A stretch of DNA of 29,024 bases from Octopus sinensis (Eukaryota): contig NW_021833489.1 in NCBI RefSeq assembly GCF_006345805.1, forward strand, positions 1 through 29,024. The letters run 5' to 3'. Shown piece by piece: positions 23,914-29,024 of this stretch. The position numbers and the translations under genes were made by a program. The notes below the pieces were generated by a model. It made no database searches. It saw nothing but the letters and a program-made list of their open reading frames with translations, and was not told where the DNA came from. The number at the start of each line of letters is the position of its first letter. The first letter of the stretch is position 1.

Positions 23914-26043
23914 TTAGGGTCTTGCACAGACATTGCATGTCAAAATCAAAGGAAGACCCTTCCCTTCTGGAAGTGTAACAGCGATGCTCTTCTTGACATC
24001 CCTCCTTACTTTCTCATGTGCAACTCGAGATTTCTCAAACGTGGCTGTCCCCTCATGCACAATCCTTCTCCACCTGCTACGATCAATAGCTATGCCTTCC
24101 CATGTGTCAGGAGAGATGCGAGCATCTCTTAAGGAAGCCTTCAGCAAGTCCTTATACCGCGTTTTTGGTTTATGTGGAGGTCGTTCTCCTTTAACTAACT
24201 CTCCATAAAAGAGTTGTTTTGGCATCCTTGATTCCTTCATTCTGACCAGATGACCACTCCATCCGAGCCTTTGCTTTAACACGAGAGCTTCTATACTTTC
24301 ACACCGAGAGCCTTCGAGTATTTCAAGATCACTGATGCGGTCCTTCCACTTAATGCCATAGATCTGTCTGAGGCACATCTGATGGAAACGCTCCAGTTGT
24401 TTAAGGTGGTATCGATATGTGACCCACGTCTCGCAGGCATAGAGAAGAGAAGGGAGCACACATGCTTTATACACCTTTATCTTTGTCCTTCTGCATATGT
24501 CTCGCCGACTCCAGAGGCGCTTTTCTAGCCTTCCGAAAGCAATACTTGCTTTCCTAATTCTATATGGAATTTCATCATCCACATTGCCATATCTATTAAT
24601 AGTGCTTCCCAAGTAGACAAACTGATCGACTACATCAAGTCGTTTACCATTCACATAGATATTTGGTACACTATACTGCTTGTCAGGAGCAGGTTGATGC
24701 ATGACAACAGTTTTCTTGAGATTGACTGTCAATCCTAAGGCAGTGCAAGCATCAGAGAATGCATTCAAAATGTGTTGCATATCAATCTCTGTGTGTGCTA
24801 ATAACTCACAATCATCAGCATACAAAAGGTCTCTTATGATAGAGGTAAATATCTTTGTTTTTGCAGCATAGCGCCTGATATTAAATATGCTTCCAGAGGT
24901 TCCATAATGGACGTAAACACCGTATCTGCAGTTTCTGAATGCAATACAGAACACCATCGCGAAATATATGGAAAATAGGGTCGGTGCCAGAATATCCCCC
25001 TGTTTCACTCCATTTTGTATTGAAATGGGCTCCGACATCTTCCCTCTAACATTCACCCTACCATTCATGTCTTCATGAAAAGACCTAACCAAAGCAAGGA
25101 ACTTTTCAGGACACCCAAGTTTCTGGAGGACTTTCCACAATGCTTTTCTATTGACGGTATCAAAGGCTTTTGTCAGATCGACAAAAACCTGATACAAATC
25201 CAGAGCCTGTTCCACACACTTTTCCTGAAGCTGTCTAGCTGAAAAGATTATATCAACATTGCCACGTCCCGCACGAAAGCCAGATTGACTTTCTGGAAGA
25301 ACACAATCTGCAATGTATTTCAGCAGACGATCCAGAAGTATCCTGCATAAAATCTTTCCTACAGCAAACAGCAATGATACTCCCCTATAATTACCACAAT
25401 CAATCCTGTTGCTCTTTCCCTTATACAGGACCACCATTACTGCGTCTCTCCAGTCCTCATGTACAGATTCAATAGTCCATATCTTACCAAACAAAGAGTG
25501 GTAGAAAGAAAGTTTTTCGTCATCAGCATAGCACATAGTTGGAGCATACATACTCACCAAGGTCATATAATTTCCTTTTGCCAAAGGAATTCTCATGGAC
25601 ATAAGACGCTCGTTAATTCCGATTGGGAATTCTTCCAACTTGTCCACAAGAGTAGTCTTAACAGCAAATGCCACTCCAGCTTCTCCTCTAAACTCTTCAT
25701 CTCTCCCTTTCCAAAAGAATGTATATTTTCCCCAAGATTCTGTAAGATGACCATCTCCAGGTAATCTCGTCTCAGATAAAGCAACGATGTCAAGATCATA
25801 GCGTTGAAGCTCCTTCGCAACAAGCGCAGTCCTTTCAGGACATTCAGAGGACTTGTGGTCAAGCAGTGTCCGTACATTCCAACAGCCTATATTCACTATT
25901 TTCGTTGGTTCTATCACAGTAGCATGATGACGGCCGGGTTCAGACTGTGAAGCTCTGGAGCTCCTGCCGGGCCAGACTCTTTCAGCTGATGTGGTTCCAG
26001 AGTCCTTACTGCCATTTATTTTTATATTGTTTTGGTACATCAT
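23914..26043 (-). CDS. RTE polyprotein ORF (709 aa): partial APE endonuclease fused in frame to a complete RT and C-terminal domain
   Basis: NIGCWNVRTL, DIVALSETR, GVAFAV, YAPT (endonuclease first half). NYRGVSLL, PESQSGFR, FVDLTKAFD, GVKQGDILAPTLF, YADD, GLTVNLKKT, FVYLGS, LYACETW, WSGHLVRM. It stops in a zinc-finger start (CNVC). Confidence 0.9.
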   Translation of the reverse strand: MMYQNNIKINGSKDSGTTSAERVWPGRSSRASQSEPGRHHATVIEPTKIVNIGCWNVRTLLDHKSSECPERTALVAKELQRYDLDIVALSETRLPGDGHLTESWGKYTFFWKGRDEEFRGEAGVAFAVKTTLVDKLEEFPIGINERLMSMRIPLAKGNYMTLVSMYAPTMCYADDEKLSFYHSLFGKIWTIESVHEDWRDAVMVVLYKGKSNRIDCGNYRGVSLLFAVGKILCRILLDRLLKYIADCVLPESQSGFRAGRGNVDIIFSARQLQEKCVEQALDLYQVFVDLTKAFDTVNRKALWKVLQKLGCPEKFLALVRSFHEDMNGRVNVRGKMSEPISIQNGVKQGDILAPTLFSIYFAMVFCIAFRNCRYGVYVHYGTSGSIFNIRRYAAKTKIFTSIIRDLLYADDCELLAHTEIDMQHILNAFSDACTALGLTVNLKKTVVMHQPAPDKQYSVPNIYVNGKRLDVVDQFVYLGSTINRYGNVDDEIPYRIRKASIAFGRLEKRLWSRRDICRRTKIKVYKACVLPSLLYACETWVTYRYHLKQLERFHQMCLRQIYGIKWKDRISDLEILEGSRCESIEALVLKQRLGWSGHLVRMKESRMPKQLFYGELVKGERPPHKPKTRYKDLLKASLRDARISPDTWEGIAIDRSRWRRIVHEGTATFEKSRVAHEKVRRDVKKSIAVTLPEGKGLPLILTCNVCARP

Positions 26044-26662
26044 TGATTTTTTGCTTTTTAAGCCTACAGCCAGCCATTCAGTTGAGACTCACAGCACTAT
26101 CAAAAATCATGAATTAGTTAATCACTTTAATAAATCAAATGTAGTTATCGTGCAATACCTGTGCAAAAAGATTTTATTTAAAGTGAGGAAAGGTTGTGCA
26201 CTGAGTCAATCCCACTCACTAAGCAACAGCAGCCATAATCCGAAAAGAAAAACAAGTCAACATCATCGATAACCACTGAGCCGCAGGTTTTATGTCGGAG
26301 TTATCCTAGTTACCTGAGTTACCTTCTCCTAGAAGGATGCCCTAACAAAGGCTAGGAGTCCTTCACTCCCAATGGTTTAACCGCGATCGGGTATTCAGTC
26401 CGATTATTTCTATGTCCCCGCGCATGATACAGCCTTAAGCCCTAAGAAAAAAAAGAAAAAAAACATTTATTGGTTGGTCGTTAACTCTCAAGAGTTCCTC
26501 CGCCCTTTAACGGGTTTTGTTTTTCATCCCGCAGGGTGTCCAATAAACACCCTCCTCACCAAGCAAGTTTGGTGGTGTTGCCGGTTTAGTCGCCGACGAC
26601 CCGACCATGCAACAGGTTGTTCTGGGTTACATGTTACCAGTAGCACTCGAAAGTGACCTGAC
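23914..26662 (-). mobile_element. RTE-clade LINE with apparently complete 5' leader, internal deletion and missing 3' end
   Basis: 5' leader homologous to 6102-6297. GGCATCCTTCTAGGAGAAGGTAACTC motif resembling RTE 5'UTRs. 709-aa ORF. Ends abruptly at the minisatellite. Confidence 0.93.
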
Positions 26663-26827
26663 ATACATACATACATACATATATACGTGTATATACCCAC
26701 ACGCATATATACTATCTAAAACAAAAAAAGAAACCTGATTAAATCTAAAGGGTACTACTAGATAATGTTATTATTTTATATAGTTGTGGGGGTGTAATGA
26801 AATGTAAATTATAAGCTAGTCAATGTT

Positions 26828-26829
26828 TA

Positions 26830-26864
<35 letters not shown>

Positions 26865-26889
26865 ACGTATATATATATATATATGTGTG

Positions 26890-26930
<41 letters not shown>

Positions 26931-27029
26931 ATGTATGTATATATATATATGGTATGTATATAATATAATATATATATATATATAATATATATATATGTAT
27001 GATATATATATATATATATATATATGTAG

Positions 27030-27088
<59 letters not shown>

Positions 27089-27090
27089 GT
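26828..27090. repeat. Compound (TG)/(TATG)/(TA)n microsatellite
   Basis: Directly visible. Confidence 0.95.
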
Positions 27091-27229
27091 AGAGATCAAT
27101 AAATGGTGGGGTTGTGTTGACCGCACGTGGAGAAATGATAAGCAAGGAAAAATTGTAAAAATGCAGAATGCTAAATTGAAAGAAAATTTTAATGAAATGA
27201 GAAATTGATAAAATATATTAATATATATT

Positions 27230-27271
27230 TATTCAAACAGGTTTTCGTCATAATGTGACTTATCAAGAATA
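27230..27271 (-). ncRNA. Type I minimal hammerhead ribozyme motif (U3-A8 variant), inverted copy
   Basis: Minus strand UAUUC-UUGAUAA-GUCA CAUUA UGAC-GAAA-AC CU GU-UU-GAAUA. Confidence 0.72.
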
Positions 27272-27292
27272 GTTAGGTAAAAAAAAGTTCTT

Positions 27293-27508
27293 TATGCGGT
27301 GCATAAAGAACAAATAAATCTCCCGGAATACCGACAAATTCCACTGAGTGACCACATAGACTCATGCGCTAAAGACTTAAACCCCAAATTCTATATATTC
27401 CCCTTCTACCAATGTAAAGACGGGATCACCACACAGGAGAGAATTAACAAGGAGAATCTCTTTATTGAAAAATTCCAAACACAACTTAATATGCAAACTC
27501 CTCGTTGA
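27293..27508 (+). pseudogene. C-terminal part of a Penelope GIY-YIG endonuclease
   Basis: MRVHKEQI...LSDHIDSC...IFPFYQ...ERINKENLFIEKFQTQLN matches the R..H / H / R...E..FI......LN pattern ending PLE GIY-YIG domains. Confidence 0.75.
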
Positions 27509-28169
27509 TCAAACTTCCTTTTTCTACCTCATTCTTCATGGATGGACTAACACAATATATAAGATACCATGCATCATTCACTTCAAGCTAAAACTTATAT
27601 TCTTTAAATATCATTTTACTATTGTTGTTATTACTATCATTTTTATTATATATGATATAACAATCTGAAATGTAACTATAAATTGGTCTATGCAAATTTA
27701 TATAATTAGAAAATAATATAAATAAAGTGTTAAAATCTGAAAGTTAAGTTAACAAACAATTATATAAAAAAGATAATGCAAATGAAGCTAAAATGATAAT
27801 TTTATGATTTGGGGTTTATTAGCAGCCTTTATTGCAGGGGAGTTTGAGAAACAAAAATTGAAGAACTCAAAAGAGTTGTCTCCCCTTATTCACAACACAG
27901 GAACTGAAGAACCACAATTACTACTACTTCCTGTTTTGCCAACATCCTTAATTAAACCAAACAACACATGGTCTTAATCCCATTGGATCCTAATACCTCA
28001 AGATAATTTTTTCGTGAACAATCATTAAACTCAAGATACACAACGAACTCACAATGTATCGGAGTACTTATTTTTAAATTTTTGTACATATTATTATTCT
28101 TTTGCGAAAAAACAATGCAACTTTCTTTTTTCCCCTTTCTCATTTTTAAAAAAACTTTTTTTACCTAAC

Positions 28170-28211
28170 TATTCTTGATAAGTCACATTATGACGAAAAC
28201 CGGTTTGAATA
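28170..28211 (+). ncRNA. Type I minimal hammerhead ribozyme motif (U3-A8 variant)
   Basis: Stem I UAUUC/GAAUA, core UUGAUAA, stem II GUCA-CAUUA-UGAC, GAAA, palindromic stem III AACCGGUU, predicted cleavage after U28206. Confidence 0.78.
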
Positions 28212-28300
28212 AATATATATTTATATATTTTATCAATTTCTCATTTCATTAAAATTTTCTTTCAATTTAGCATTCTGCATTTTTACAATTTATCCTTGCT

Positions 28301-28382
28301 ATGTATATGTATATGTATATATTATATAATATATTATATTATATATATTATATATATATTATATATATATATATAATAATAT
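28301..28382. repeat. AT-rich microsatellite
   Basis: Directly visible. Confidence 0.9.
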
Positions 28383-28933
28383 AGGGTTAGGGTTAGGGTT
28401 AGTCTCGGGAATTGGTGGGGTCTCGGGAATTGGTGGGGTCTCGGGAATTGGTGGGGTCTCGGGAATTGGTGGGGTCTCCGGAATTGGTGGGGTCTCGGGA
28501 ATTGGTGGGGTCTCCGGAATTGGTGGGGTCTCCGGAATTGGGTGGGCACAGGAAGGGGTCTCGCTTGTCACAGGGATGAGGGGCTCACATGGTCAGGGGT
28601 TTGGGTTAGTCTCTGGAAGTTGGGTCACAGATGGGGTCTCGGGTGGTCACAAGAGTGGTCTCGGGGGTTCAGGGTTACAGAAGGGGTTCGGGTTAGGGTT
28701 AGTGTTAGTCTCGGGAATTGGTGGGGTCTCGGGAATTGGTGGGGTCTCCGGAATTGGTTGGGCACAGGAAGGGGTCTCGCTTGTCACAGGGATGAGGGGC
28801 TCACATGGTCAGGGGTTTGGGTTAGTCTCTAGAAGTGGGGTCACAGATGGGGTCTCGGGTGGTCACAGAAGTGGTCTCGGGGGTTCAGTGTTACAGAAGG
28901 GGTTCGGGTTAGGGGTTAGGGGTAGAGTTAGGG
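28383..28933. repeat. G-rich higher-order satellite with TTAGGG blocks and 18-bp TCTC(G/C)GGAATTGGTGGGG subunits
   Basis: TTAGGG-type runs at ~28383-28402, ~28691-28708 and ~28907-28933. Eight 18-mers from 28403 and three from 28709. A ~160-bp block is repeated at offset 216 (28547 and 28763). Confidence 0.92.
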
Positions 28934-29024
28934 CTCAATTTCCATTGAAATACTCTTTCTTTGCTTCAAATAATTTTGAAAATAATAAAATTTCTGCTTC
29001 ATTTTTCAGACATCAACGAGTGTT

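Larger units (their letters stand above)
27095..28300 (+). mobile_element. 5'-truncated Penelope-like element with inverted pseudo-LTRs
   Basis: Inverted repeats 27141-27289 and 28153-28300 (3 substitutions plus 1 indel by eye) bracket a GIY-YIG C-terminal remnant. Each arm carries a hammerhead motif. Confidence 0.85.

Noticed and set aside
18229-23978. Long Gly/Ala/Ser/Cys-rich and poly-Val ORFs as genuine genes
   Set aside because: Codons ending in T cannot be stops, so openness follows from the repeat. I see no convincing start, signal peptide or splice context (the first ORF starts in antisense Tx1 sequence). Differences between the duplicated blocks are all non-synonymous.
26470-26662. 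HDV-like ribozyme call for the RTE leader
   Set aside because: I could not place P1/P1.1/P3 and the catalytic C by eye, so it is kept only as an unassigned structured leader.
27836-27886. Third hammerhead (UUGAGAA core within an AGGGGAG/CUCCCCU stem)
   Set aside because: It has no proper stem II or GAAA/UH register. It is just a hairpin.
28403-28546. CRISPR-like array
   Set aside because: The repeats are directly tandem with no unique spacers, there are no cas genes, and the context is eukaryotic.
28383-29024. True chromosome end
   Set aside because: Only a few TTAGGG units are present and ordinary AT-rich sequence follows.

Overview
AT-rich, repeat-dominated animal genomic DNA. The SINE heads and tails, LINE families and microsatellite load look like an octopus/cephalopod (recognition from memory, not a search). 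The only host coding sequence I can support is a 69-bp first coding exon on the minus strand (11530-11598, MGASSSMDTSRVIHLELDGRKEK|GT). It aligns residue for residue with exon 1 of the cGMP phosphodiesterase PDE9A, so positions 1-11529 are probably intron 1 and positions above 11600 are 5'UTR/upstream sequence. The rest is transposon material: two mariners, three RTE LINE copies (one with an open 709-aa ORF lacking half of its endonuclease), a CR1-group 3' end, an R4/Dong-like restriction-like endonuclease fragment, two Tx1/L1-like remnants, Helitron termini and tRNA-derived SINEs. A Penelope-like element has ~149-bp inverted pseudo-LTRs, each carrying a type I minimal hammerhead ribozyme with the U3-A8 core variant. 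There is also a 5.6-kb GT-rich 18-bp minisatellite framed by 162-bp direct repeats, and a TTAGGG-bounded G-rich higher-order satellite. Most long ORFs in the track are repeat artefacts. I see no convincing wholly new multi-gene system. The best leads are the PDE9 exon, the paired variant hammerheads, the endonuclease-deleted RTE ORF fused to the minisatellite, and a shared LINE/SINE 3' tail.
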